Positions 44,564-53,307 of a stretch of DNA of 64,000 bases are shown here, piece by piece. The position numbers and the translations under genes are program-made. Numbering within the stretch: the stretch's first letter is position 1; every line of letters starts with the position of its first letter. The notes beneath the pieces were generated by a model that worked only from the letters and a program-made list of their open reading frames with translations, was not told where the DNA came from and ran no database searches. Origin of the DNA: Deltaproteobacteria bacterium (GTDB lineage: Bacteria > Desulfobacterota > GWC2-55-46 > UBA9637); assembly GCA_016214995.1 (NCBI GenBank), contig JACRML010000058.1:4194-68193 (forward strand), given 5' to 3'.

Positions 44564-45112
44564 ATGAAAAAGGTTTTAATGCCTTTGGCGCCAGGCTTTG
44601 AAGAAATAGAGGCGCTTGCTGTTGTGGATATATTAAGGAGGGCAGGAGTGGAGATAACAATGGCAGGAACGGCTGATAATCCTATTGAAGGGAGAAACAG
44701 GATAAAGGTTTTGGCAGATGCATCTCTGGAATCTGTCAAAGAACAGGACTTTGATATGATTGTCCTGCCGGGCGGCGCGGTTGGCACAGAAAATCTCAAA
44801 AAGGATATGCGGGTAAAAGAAATCGTAGAAAGGCTTTATAAAAAAGGCAGGTTCATTACCGCCATCTGCGCCGCGCCCACAGTGCTTTCTGCCATCGGCA
44901 TTACTGCCGGTAAAACCATTACAAGCCATCCTACGGTAAGAGCAAAATTGGAAAAAGAAAAAATCTCAGACCAAAGGGTTGTGGTTGACGGCAACATCAT
45001 TACCAGCCAGGGGCCGGGCACGGCCATAGAATTTGCATTTAAACTGGTAGAGGTTTTACTGGGGAGAGAAAAGGTTGCGGAAGTAAACAAAGGCGTGCTG
45101 GCGAAGATTTAA
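44564..45112 (+). CDS. DJ-1/PfpI family protein
   Basis: It has the nucleophile elbow ITAICAAP and reads MIVLPGG...VVDGNIITSQGPGTAIEFA. Confidence 0.85.
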   Translation: MKKVLMPLAPGFEEIEALAVVDILRRAGVEITMAGTADNPIEGRNRIKVLADASLESVKEQDFDMIVLPGGAVGTENLKKDMRVKEIVERLYKKGRFITAICAAPTVLSAIGITAGKTITSHPTVRAKLEKEKISDQRVVVDGNIITSQGPGTAIEFAFKLVEVLLGREKVAEVNKGVLAKI

Positions 45113-45164
45113 CTGCCACTTCCAACTAATCCTTAAGGGCAACTCAAGGCTTCATTACTGACTT

Positions 45165-45555
45165 TTATACCCTGACAACCTCCAACCCCTCAACACTCTC
45201 AAAATGCGCATCGGCAGTGATTATTGGAAGATTGTTTTCAATACAGACTGCCGCCTATCCATAGGTCATTTTCAGGGATTGGGCGCCCTTTTTGTTTTAG
45301 CTGTAATCTGATCGCAGAATATGGGTCAGCTGTCTTTCTTGTAATATTCAGGATGCGGCAGGTATCTATGAACTCATTGTAAGTTTTTAGGTTCTCTTTT
45401 GGACGGCCTGAATTTTTAGCGGCAAATAACAGTTCTGCAGTAACCGGCACAGGCAGATATATCATTGAGTTACGTGAAAGGAGATTTGTAACAACATTAT
45501 CATTTTTAAACAGCCGTATTACGATATTTGTATCAAGGCTAATCTTTCCATTCAT
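45165..45555 (-). pseudogene. vapC: PIN-domain toxin vapC with a +1 frameshift
   Basis: Frame 1 reads ISLDTNIVIRLF...ENDLWIGGSLY and then stops at 45238. The next frame continues VCIENNLPIITADAHFESVEGLEVVRV to a stop at 45165. Removing one G from GGCGG (45251-45255) restores WIAAVCIENN. Confidence 0.65.
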
Positions 45556-45769
45556 CAGGATTAACCTTCTCAAACTCATCGTCTACTGTCTTCATCATCT
45601 GATTTGCCTCTTCTTCTTTTAATATGCCGGCAAACCTTAAAATTGGATGAATGACTTTCTTTTCTATGCTGAGAGTCAATTCTACTTCTGCATTTTCCTC
45701 AATATCGTCTATCGGCTCCAAAGGCCTCAATATTCCATGTTCATAGACTGCATGCAATGTCTTAACCAT
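45539..45769 (-). CDS. Antitoxin, AF2212/DUF104-like (VapB-type partner)
   Basis: The N-terminus is LHAVYEHGILRPLEPIDDIEENAEVELTL. Its 3' end overlaps the vapC start by 17 nt. Confidence 0.65.
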   Translation of the reverse strand: MVKTLHAVYEHGILRPLEPIDDIEENAEVELTLSIEKKVIHPILRFAGILKEEEANQMMKTVDDEFEKVNPDEWKD

Positions 45770-45788
45770 TGTTGCCTCCTTTTGGAAG

Positions 45789-45797
45789 ATTATATCA
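45789..45797 (-). promoter_or_regulatory. Putative extended -10 promoter element for the antitoxin-toxin pair
   Basis: The minus strand reads TGATATAAT, followed by AAGGAGG and the ATG at 45769. The -35 (TTGTTT, 16-nt spacing) is weak. Confidence 0.35.
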
Positions 45798-45837
45798 AAA
45801 AACCTGCTTCAAACAAGATGTTTGTTTTGTTTTTTCA

Positions 45838-47211
45838 TTAATCAACAAGGTATCCTCCTGTGACAGTCTGGATACTTCTGCAAACTACCCCCACAATTCT
45901 TTTAATGTCTTCTTTTGTTATGCTCAACGGCGGCATTATTACAATAGTGTCGCCGAGCGGTCTTATAATAAGACCATGTTTTCTTGTCTCCACGCAAACT
46001 TTATAGCCGACCCTTTCTTCCGTCTGAAAAGGCTCTTTTGTTCTTTTATTCCTGACCAACTCTATGCCGACAATAAGCCCCTTCTGCCGCACATCGCCCA
46101 CATGGGGCAGGGCTTTAAAACCTTCCAACAACCCAGATAATAATACAATCTTCGGTTTAAGTTTTTGTATGGTTCTTTCTTTTTTAAATATGTTTAGATT
46201 GGCTATAGCTGCCGCGCATCCCAATGGATTGCCTGTATAGGTATGTCCGTGGAAAAATGTTTTAAATTCTTCGTATTTACCAAGAAATGCCTTGTAAATC
46301 TTGTTTGTCGTAAGCGTTGCTGCAAGCGGCAGATAACCTCCGGTTATGCCCTTTGCAAGACAGAGAAAATCAGGGGGGACATTTTCATGCTCGCACGCAA
46401 AGAGTTTTCCGGTTCTTCCAAAACCCGTTGCAACCTCATCGGCAATGAGCAAGATATTATATTTTGTGCAGAGCCTTCTTACCTCTTTTAAAAACCCAGG
46501 GGGTGAGACAATCATACCCGCAGCCCCTTGCACAATTGGCTCAATGATGCACGCCGCTATTTCTCTGTGATATTTTTTTAAAATCTCCTCAAACTTTTTT
46601 ATGCAGGCAATCTTGCATGACGGATATTTCTTGTCTATCGGGCATCTGTAACAATACGGATAATATGCCTTGTATGTTGGAAATAACAGCGGTTTGTATT
46701 TTTCTACAAACACATCAATCTCGCCGACACTCATTGAGCCGAATGTATCGCCGTGATATGCGCCAGTGAAGGCAACAAACTTGGTTCGGGAGTTTGAGTT
46801 CAGAGTTTGGCGTTGCCTCCAGTACTGAAACGCCATTTTCAAAGCTATCTCCACAGCAGTAGAGCCGTTGTCCGAATAAAAGACCTTTGTCAAACCCTTT
46901 GGCGCAATCTTTACAAGTTTTTCGGCTAATTCAATTGAAGGCGCATTGCCAAGCCCCAAAAGTGTTGAGTGGCTTATTTTATCAACCTGTTTTTTTATCG
47001 CATCATTTATTTCTTTTTTCCTGTGGCCGTGCACATTGACCCATAGAGATGAAGTCCCGTCAAAATATTTTTTGCCATAGGTGTCAATAAGATAATTCCC
47101 CTTGCCCGTTTCAATGATGATAGGTGTTTCCCTTTCCCATTCCCTCATCTGCGTGAACGGATGCCAGAGGTGTTTTTTGTCAATGGTGTCAAGCCTTTTA
47201 TTTTTCCGCAT
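45838..47211 (-). CDS. bioA: Adenosylmethionine-8-amino-7-oxononanoate aminotransferase
   Basis: It reads HLWHPFTQM and has class-III aminotransferase motifs (LIADEVATGFGRTGKLFA). The ATG at 47211 is preferred over 47259. Confidence 0.88.
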   Translation of the reverse strand: MRKNKRLDTIDKKHLWHPFTQMREWERETPIIIETGKGNYLIDTYGKKYFDGTSSLWVNVHGHRKKEINDAIKKQVDKISHSTLLGLGNAPSIELAEKLVKIAPKGLTKVFYSDNGSTAVEIALKMAFQYWRQRQTLNSNSRTKFVAFTGAYHGDTFGSMSVGEIDVFVEKYKPLLFPTYKAYYPYCYRCPIDKKYPSCKIACIKKFEEILKKYHREIAACIIEPIVQGAAGMIVSPPGFLKEVRRLCTKYNILLIADEVATGFGRTGKLFACEHENVPPDFLCLAKGITGGYLPLAATLTTNKIYKAFLGKYEEFKTFFHGHTYTGNPLGCAAAIANLNIFKKERTIQKLKPKIVLLSGLLEGFKALPHVGDVRQKGLIVGIELVRNKRTKEPFQTEERVGYKVCVETRKHGLIIRPLGDTIVIMPPLSITKEDIKRIVGVVCRSIQTVTGGYLVD

Positions 47212-48073
47212 GGACAAACATAACCTCATAAGTGGCATAGACATAGTTGCAGGTTGCAAGTTGCAAGTCTTGAGTCTTGAATCTATCTTTATAGATTTCT
47301 GCCATTGTCTTTAACAAAGAGCCTCTGCCAAGACTTTTATCACCATCTTTGAATGGATTGCCTGCGCCAATGGATTTCATGGTTTTTAACAATGCCCACA
47401 TATCAGGATAGGTCTTCATCATCTTCGTTGTTTCAATGGATATGTTTTTAAAGCCCACACTTTCAAGAACGGATTGGATGGCCTTCTTTTCTGAAAAATC
47501 CATAAATGGCGGCAGGCCATTTTTATTAAATTTGGCCAATGTCTTGGCATAACAATACCTTAATTCCTTCAATGTCTCTGGCCCAAGGGTAGAAAACATG
47601 AATATGCCGCCGGGTCTCAAAATCCGGTGCGCCTCTTTAAAAGACCCTTCTAAATTGCCAATCCACTGGTATGTAAGATTTGAAGCTGCGATATCAAAGG
47701 TATCATTCTTGCAAGGTAATATTTCTCCGTCAGTGGTTATAAGATGTATTTTTTTATCCCTTGCAACTTGTAACTTGCAACTCGCAACTTTGAGCATATC
47801 ATGGCTGATATCACAGCCGAATATATCTGCATCCGGAAATTTATCTGCAAGACCGTATGAAAGAAAGCCTGTGCCGCAACCGATGTCAATAATAGTGGTG
47901 AGTGATGAGTGGTGAGTGTTAAGTGGTAAGACAAAACTATTCAATAGTTCATCTGCTACTTCTTTTTGGAAAAGAGCAATGGTGTCGTACTTGATTGCGG
48001 CTTTTGAGAACGATGCTCGTATCTTGTCTTTTAATTGCCGACCCCTGAATGCTGGTTGCTGATAGCTGCTCAT
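47198..48073 (-). CDS. bioC: Malonyl-ACP O-methyltransferase
   Basis: It has the SAM-binding motif IIDIGCGTGFLS and a BioC-like N-terminus (IRASFSKAAIKYD). It sits inside the bio operon. It carries three heptamer arrays. Confidence 0.8.
   Translation of the reverse strand: MSSYQQPAFRGRQLKDKIRASFSKAAIKYDTIALFQKEVADELLNSFVLPLNTHHSSLTTIIDIGCGTGFLSYGLADKFPDADIFGCDISHDMLKVASCKLQVARDKKIHLITTDGEILPCKNDTFDIAASNLTYQWIGNLEGSFKEAHRILRPGGIFMFSTLGPETLKELRYCYAKTLAKFNKNGLPPFMDFSEKKAIQSVLESVGFKNISIETTKMMKTYPDMWALLKTMKSIGAGNPFKDGDKSLGRGSLLKTMAEIYKDRFKTQDLQLATCNYVYATYEVMFVHAEK
47246..47280. repeat. Heptamer array (GTTGCAA/GTCTTGA units) in the bioC 3' region
   Basis: It reads GTTGCAGGTTGCAAGTTGCAAGTCTTGAGTCTTGA. 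It encodes KTQDLQLATCN. Confidence 0.85.
47759..47789. repeat. Heptamer array (CTTGCAA units) inside bioC
   Basis: It reads CTTGCAACTTGTAACTTGCAACTCGCAACTT. It encodes VASCKLQVAR. Confidence 0.85.
47896..47930. repeat. Heptamer array (GGTGAGT units) inside bioC
   Basis: It reads GGTGAGTGATGAGTGGTGAGTGTTAAGTGGTAAG. It encodes LPLNTHHSSLT directly N-terminal to the SAM-binding loop. Confidence 0.85.
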
Positions 48074-48951
48074 AATGTCTCTATGAAACCTTTTACAATT
48101 TTGTTGAACTCTTTCGGCCTTGTCAAAAACGGGGCATGGCCTGCGTCTTTGAATATCTCAAGCCTTGCATCAGGCAGATTCTTAGCAAGATACCTTCCGG
48201 TATCAACAGGGCAGACATTATCTTTTTCGCCGTGCATGATAAGAGCAGGAATCTTTATATCAGGAATAATATCCTTTAAATCAATTGCCAAAAGCGCCTC
48301 AAGGGATGTAACAGCGCTATCACAAAAGGGTTTCGTGCGAGGTTTTTTATAAAGCTCTATAAACCATCTTGCGTCAGGGCTTAAAAGTTCATCCTCTGTA
48401 AAATTCAATGGATAAAACCTCTCCATTGTTCCTGCAAAGTTCTTCTTCATATCCTTGAGCATCCGTTTTGCCACACCTGCAGATTGCCCAAATAGAAAAT
48501 CTCTTTTTGCAGTAAAACATGGCGATACTCCGATGAGCACTAGTCCTTTAAAGCAGCCGGGCATTTTTGCTGCTACTTCTAAAAGGGTCTGACCGCCCAG
48601 AGACCAGCCGATGCCGATAAAACCAGTGAACTGTGAATCGTGAACTGTAAACTGTAAAAGCTTTTCAACGGCAGGCTTAAGTGTTGGTTCAAACCATACA
48701 TCTGTTTCGCCGTGTCCGGGAAGGTCTATGGTAATGACCTGATGATTTTTTGAAAATTCTTCTAACTGATATTTCCATACCCTTGAATCTGTTGCCCAGC
48801 CGTGGAGGAAGAGAAGTGCGGAATCGGGGAAAGAGCGACAGGGAGAATCGGAGAAAGAAAGAATTCTCTGTTTCCCCGTTTCCCCGTTTCCCCGTTTCTC
48901 TATTTCCCGCTGTCGCTCTTTAATTTCTGTAGCTTTAAGCAAAATTAGCAA
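48070..48951 (-). CDS. bioH: Pimeloyl-ACP methyl ester esterase (alpha/beta hydrolase, BioH-like)
   Basis: It has LLFLHGWATDS and the nucleophile elbow GIGWSLGG. It lies between bioF and bioC. An N-terminal extension of about 45 aa contains a 100-bp palindrome. Confidence 0.65.
   Translation of the reverse strand: MLILLKATEIKERQREIEKRGNGETGKQRILSFSDSPCRSFPDSALLFLHGWATDSRVWKYQLEEFSKNHQVITIDLPGHGETDVWFEPTLKPAVEKLLQFTVHDSQFTGFIGIGWSLGGQTLLEVAAKMPGCFKGLVLIGVSPCFTAKRDFLFGQSAGVAKRMLKDMKKNFAGTMERFYPLNFTEDELLSPDARWFIELYKKPRTKPFCDSAVTSLEALLAIDLKDIIPDIKIPALIMHGEKDNVCPVDTGRYLAKNLPDARLEIFKDAGHAPFLTRPKEFNKIVKGFIETL
48626..48658. repeat. Heptamer array (GTGAACT units) inside bioH
   Basis: It reads GTGAACTGTGAATCGTGAACTGTAAACTGTAAA. 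It encodes LQFTVHDSQFT just before GWSLGG. Confidence 0.85.
48821..48921. repeat. Imperfect 100-bp palindrome centred on GAATTC, containing (GTTTCCC)4
   Basis: AAAGAGCGACAG (48830-48841) pairs with CTGTCGCTCTTT (48910-48921). The right arm reads GTTTCCCCGTTTCCCCGTTTCCCCGTTTCTC. It is read in frame as part of the bioH N-terminus. Confidence 0.8.
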
Positions 48952-50137
48952 CCGTTTCCTTTATGGTTTCCAGTGCATATTCCAAATCGTCCCATGAGTG
49001 GTTTGCCATCAGGGTAATTCTCAGCCTGCTTGTATTGTCTGGAACTGTTGGCGGTCTTATGGCCTGAACAAATATCCCTTTATCCAGAAGGTTCTTGCTT
49101 ATCTGAACTGCCTTGTCAGCCTTGCCAATCAATACGGGAATAATCTGTGTTTCTGAATTCATAATATCAAGGCCTGCGTTTTTAAGGCCGTCCCTAAAGA
49201 ACTTAACCCTATCCCATAAATTCTGTCTTAACTGCGGTTCATTTTCTATTATATCTATTGCAGCAATGCTCGCTGCGCATACAGACGGAGGAAGGCTTGT
49301 GGTATAGATAAAAGAGCGGGCTTTATTTATGAGATAGTCTATAAGTTTTTTACTGCCCGCTGCATAAGCTCCGAAACAGCCCAGCGCCTTTCCGAGTGTT
49401 CCCATCTGGATTATGCTTGTCCCGTTATGTCTTAAAACGGGATTTGGATTATCTATGCCAAAATGCTCTAATGTTCCTTTGCCATTGCTGCCAAGAACCC
49501 CTGTTGCATGGGCATCGTCAACCATGAGCATACAACCATATCTATCTGCCAGTTCTGAAAGTTCTTTTAAGGGGGCGATGTCTCCGTCCATGCTGAAAAT
49601 GCCGTCGGTAATGATGAGTTTGGAGTTTGGAGTTCGGAGTTCGGAGTTCTTTTTCAGGAGACCTTCCAGCGCATTTACATCGCCATGTGGATACCGCTTA
49701 ACCTCTGCCCTGCTCAGGATGCAGGCATCCACAATTGAGGCATGGTTTAATTTATCTGAAAATATTAAATCGCCTCTGCCAGCAAGGGCTGTAATAATTC
49801 CGATATTTGCATGATAGCCTGAATTGAATACAAGTGCTGCCTCTGTGCCTTTGAATCTGGCAAGCCTTTGTTCAAGCTCATTATGAGGCTCCATATTGCC
49901 TGATACAAGTCTTGATGCGCCAGAGCCAAAACCATATTTTTCAATGGCCAAGATTGCAGCCTCTTTTATTTTTGGATGGTTGGCAAGTCCGAGATAGTTG
50001 TTAGAGCAGAGGAGGATAACATCTTTACCATCTATATTTACCCTCGGCTCCTGCTTTCTTTCTATAAGACGCAGATTGCGATAGAGACCGGCATTTTTGA
50101 GCCGAGATAGTTCTTTGTCTATAAGATTTGTCAACAT
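48935..50137 (-). CDS. bioF: 8-amino-7-oxononanoate synthase
   Basis: It has PLP-enzyme motifs (TDGIFSMDGDIAPL, DDAHATGVLG, GTLGKALG). Length is 400 aa. Confidence 0.9.
   Translation of the reverse strand: MLTNLIDKELSRLKNAGLYRNLRLIERKQEPRVNIDGKDVILLCSNNYLGLANHPKIKEAAILAIEKYGFGSGASRLVSGNMEPHNELEQRLARFKGTEAALVFNSGYHANIGIITALAGRGDLIFSDKLNHASIVDACILSRAEVKRYPHGDVNALEGLLKKNSELRTPNSKLIITDGIFSMDGDIAPLKELSELADRYGCMLMVDDAHATGVLGSNGKGTLEHFGIDNPNPVLRHNGTSIIQMGTLGKALGCFGAYAAGSKKLIDYLINKARSFIYTTSLPPSVCAASIAAIDIIENEPQLRQNLWDRVKFFRDGLKNAGLDIMNSETQIIPVLIGKADKAVQISKNLLDKGIFVQAIRPPTVPDNTSRLRITLMANHSWDDLEYALETIKETVANFA
49627..49660. repeat. Heptamer array (GAGTTTG/GAGTTCG units) inside bioF
   Basis: It reads GAGTTTGGAGTTTGGAGTTCGGAGTTCGGAGTTC. 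It encodes NSELRTPNSK just before the TDGIFSMDGD motif. Confidence 0.85.
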
Positions 50138-50214
50138 TGTAGAAAAGTGTTAAAGTGTCAAAATATCGGAGTAAAACTTTGACTCTACGACACTTTGATG
50201 CTCTGATACTTCTT

Positions 50215-51198
50215 CTATCTTTTTGGCGTCAACCCCAAATCCTTCACCATCTGTAAATCCTCTTCCGGCGGTCTCCCCAGAGTTGTGAGATAATTCCCGA
50301 TCATCATGCCATTTGCGCCTGCTGCAAATATCAGACATTGCATGTCTCTGAGATTAGCCTGTCTTCCGCCGCAGATGACGATATCCTTTGCCGGAAGCAT
50401 AAAACGAAAAAGTGCAATTATTTTGAGGCATTCTATTGGGGTTAAATTGTTTGCATTTTCCAGAGGTGTCCCCGGCCTTGGATTTAAGAAATTTATGGGA
50501 ATGGAATCAACATCCAGCCCCCGAAGGGTCGTTGCCAGTTCTACCCTCTGTTCTCGTGATTCGCCGAGGCCAAACACTCCGCCGCAGCATGTATAAAGCC
50601 CAAGCCTTTTGGCTGTTCTTACGGTGTTGACATCTTCTTCATAATCATGGGTTGTGCATATATTGGGGAAAAAGCTTCTGGCTGTTTCAAGATTGTGGTG
50701 GTAGCTTTGAAGGCCTGCGTCTTTTAGTTTCTGCAGGGTTTCGGCATTCATAATGCCAAGAGAGGCGCATCTTTCCACAGGCATTTCATTTTTCATGTTT
50801 TTAAGCGCCTCAATAAGTACAGCAACATCACTGTCTTTATTGACTGATGTGCCGCTGGTTACAATAGAAAACTCCCTTGCGCCGTTCAGTGAAGCAGCCT
50901 TTGCTGTCTCAACAATCTTTTGAGGCTCTGTCATTGGATATGTCTTAACGCCTGTATCATAATGAACAGACTGGCTGCAAAAGGTGCAGTTCTCTGCACA
51001 AAGCCCGCTCTTTGCATTTATTATGGAGCAGAGATTTACCTCATTGCCTTTGAAAAACTTGCGAACCTTTTCGCTGGAGGCAAGGATATCAAAGAAGTGG
51101 CTAACCGGCAGATTTATCAGCTCACACCCTTCATCATAGGAAAGGCCTTCTCCTTTCAGGGCCTTCTCCTCAAACCGCTTTATAGTTGCTCTAATCAT
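50215..51198 (-). CDS. bioB: Biotin synthase
   Basis: It has the radical-SAM motif CAENCTFCSQS and reads YHHNLET. ATG 51198 or 51216 is preferred; the track ORF extends to 51432 across the divergent promoter region. Confidence 0.88.
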   Translation of the reverse strand: MIRATIKRFEEKALKGEGLSYDEGCELINLPVSHFFDILASSEKVRKFFKGNEVNLCSIINAKSGLCAENCTFCSQSVHYDTGVKTYPMTEPQKIVETAKAASLNGAREFSIVTSGTSVNKDSDVAVLIEALKNMKNEMPVERCASLGIMNAETLQKLKDAGLQSYHHNLETARSFFPNICTTHDYEEDVNTVRTAKRLGLYTCCGGVFGLGESREQRVELATTLRGLDVDSIPINFLNPRPGTPLENANNLTPIECLKIIALFRFMLPAKDIVICGGRQANLRDMQCLIFAAGANGMMIGNYLTTLGRPPEEDLQMVKDLGLTPKR

Positions 51199-51228
51199 AG
51201 CGAATTTTAATAACATACGGCCGAAGGT

Positions 51229-51263
51229 ATTGTCAACCAATATAAGTATATATGGTTGACAAT
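51229..51263. promoter_or_regulatory. BirA-type bio operator (bioO)
   Basis: It is a perfect palindrome, ATTGTCAACC-N15-GGTTGACAAT. It resembles the known TGTAAACC-N14-16-GGTTTACA BirA site architecture. It lies immediately upstream of bioB, and an extra half-site GGTTGACA lies at 51270. Confidence 0.65.
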
Positions 51264-51301
51264 GTGGGTGGTTGACATTTTTATTATAATATCTTACGCT
51301 T

Positions 51302-52897
51302 TTGAACATGGAAGTAAAATCAGACTTTCTTGTCATAGGAAGCGGGATAGCAGGCCTAAGTTTTGCGCTAAAGGCTGCAAAATTTGGAACTGTCTCTCTG
51401 GTTACAAAACGGGAAGAACGGGAATCCGCCACCTTCTATGCCCAGGGAGGCATAGCATCAGTTCTTAGCGCCGAGGATAGTTTTGAAGCCCATATAAAGG
51501 ATACTATAAAGGCAGGCGCCGGCCTGTGTCATCCCGCTATTGTTGAAATGGTGGTAAAAGACGGCCCAAGCCGGACATTAGAGCTGATGGAACTCGGCGC
51601 GCATTTTACCAAAAGGGTGGTAAATAACGTAGAAGAGTTAGACCTTGGAAAAGAAGGCGGCCATTCAAAGCGGCGGATAGTTCATGCAAAAGATATGACA
51701 GGTCAGGAGATAGAGGAAGCGCTTTTAAAAGCCGCTAAAGCCGAGAAAAATATCACCATCTATGAAAATCACATTGCAATAGATCTGATAACCCATTCCA
51801 AATTCGTGGAAAAGCTGAACGGCGATACCTGCTGGGGCGCTTATATACTGAATAAAAAGAGCGGCGATGTCCACACATTTTTAGCCAAGGGCACAATCCT
51901 TGCCACCGGCGGGGCAGGAAAGGTTTATCTGTTTACCAGCAATCCCGATATTGCAACAGGAGACGGCATTGCAATGGCACGCAGGGCAGGCGCAAGCATA
52001 GCGAATATGGAATTCATTCAATTCCACCCGACCTGCCTGTATCATTCCAAAGCCAAAAGCTTTCTAATTTCTGAGGCAGTAAGAGGCGAAGGCGGCATCT
52101 TAAGGCTAAAAGACGGGACACCATTCATGGCAAATTATCATCCTATGAAAGATCTGGCCCCGCGGGATATTGTTGCGCGGGCTATTGACTTTGAGCTTAA
52201 AAAAAGCGGCGCCGACTGCGTTTATCTGGACATAACACATAAAGACCCTGCATTTATAAAAACACGATTCCCAAACCTATATGAAAAGTGCCTTTGCTTT
52301 GGTTTTGATATGACAAAAGAACCTATCCCGGTGGTTCCTGCTGCGCATTATATCTGCGGAGGGGTTTTGACAAATGATTGCGGCGAAAGTTCAATTAAAA
52401 GGCTCTTTGCCATCGGTGAAACGGCCTGCACAGGTCTGCATGGAGCCAACCGCCTGGCATCCAACTCACTTTTGGAAGCGATTGTTTTTGCAAACAGGAC
52501 GTGCATCAAGGCAAAAGAGCTTGCTGCCAAAGATGCCGCAATTCCAGGAATACCGGCATGGCAGACAGGTGGAGCAGTCAACAGCGACGAGGCTGTTATC
52601 ATCTCGCAAAACTGGGATGAGGTAAGGCGGTTTATGTGGAATTATGTCGGCATAGCCCGTTCAAATAAAAGGTTAGACAGGGCGCACAGACGGATAGAAA
52701 ATCTCAAAGCCGAAATAAACGAATATTACTGGAATTTTACTGTAACAAGCGACCTCCTTGAGCTGAGAAATATTGCTACAGTAGCAGAGCTTATTATAAA
52801 ATGTGCTATGATGAGAAAGGAGAGCCGGGGTCTTCATTATAATATAGACTACCCGGAAACAGACGACAAAAATTGGAAAAGGGATACAATTATATGA
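51302..52897 (+). CDS. nadB: L-aspartate oxidase
   Basis: It has the FAD motif [16 protein letters not shown] and reads YAQGGIA and HPTCL...RGEGG. Length is 531 aa. Confidence 0.9.
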   Translation: MNMEVKSDFLVIGSGIAGLSFALKAAKFGTVSLVTKREERESATFYAQGGIASVLSAEDSFEAHIKDTIKAGAGLCHPAIVEMVVKDGPSRTLELMELGAHFTKRVVNNVEELDLGKEGGHSKRRIVHAKDMTGQEIEEALLKAAKAEKNITIYENHIAIDLITHSKFVEKLNGDTCWGAYILNKKSGDVHTFLAKGTILATGGAGKVYLFTSNPDIATGDGIAMARRAGASIANMEFIQFHPTCLYHSKAKSFLISEAVRGEGGILRLKDGTPFMANYHPMKDLAPRDIVARAIDFELKKSGADCVYLDITHKDPAFIKTRFPNLYEKCLCFGFDMTKEPIPVVPAAHYICGGVLTNDCGESSIKRLFAIGETACTGLHGANRLASNSLLEAIVFANRTCIKAKELAAKDAAIPGIPAWQTGGAVNSDEAVIISQNWDEVRRFMWNYVGIARSNKRLDRAHRRIENLKAEINEYYWNFTVTSDLLELRNIATVAELIIKCAMMRKESRGLHYNIDYPETDDKNWKRDTII

Positions 52898-53307
52898 AGA
52901 CATTTACAGAATATCTCTACATGGAAACCAAGAAAAAGAGAGAATATATCAATGTTACAGATAAAGTAGAAGATATTGTAAAAAAGAGCGGCATTGAAGA
53001 CGGGATGGCGCTTGTGTCTGCCATGCATATAACCGCAGGGGTTTATGTAAATGACGCAGAATCAGGGCTTATTCAGGATATAGATGATTGGCTTCAGAGG
53101 CTCGCCCCGGAGGGGCTGGACTACAGACATCATAGAACAGGTGAGACCAATGGTGATGCACATTTGAAGAATCTGCTTATCGGTCATCAGATAATTATTC
53201 CCGTAACAAAAGGGCGGCTTGATTTGGGCCCCTGGCAGCAGGTCTATTATGCAGAATTTGACGGTCAGAGGAAAAAAAGGGTAGTTGTGAAGGTGATGGG
53301 GAAATAG
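52894..53307 (+). CDS. yjbQ: YjbQ/UPF0047 family protein (secondary thiamine-phosphate synthase type)
   Basis: It reads [11 protein letters not shown]...[20 protein letters not shown]...DGDAHLK. Its ATG overlaps the nadB TGA as ATGA. Confidence 0.75.
   Translation: MKTFTEYLYMETKKKREYINVTDKVEDIVKKSGIEDGMALVSAMHITAGVYVNDAESGLIQDIDDWLQRLAPEGLDYRHHRTGETNGDAHLKNLLIGHQIIIPVTKGRLDLGPWQQVYYAEFDGQRKKRVVVKVMGK

Noticed and set aside
47246-49660. Short tandem arrays considered as a CRISPR array
   Set aside because: The units are 7 bp with no spacers, are degenerate, and are mostly intragenic. No cas genes are present. This is not CRISPR.
51256-51290. TTGACA (51256 or 51272) plus TATAAT (51285) as a nadB promoter
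   Set aside because: The spacings are 23 and 7 nt, and neither is compatible with a sigma-70 promoter. The TTGACA motifs are better explained as BirA-operator half-sites.
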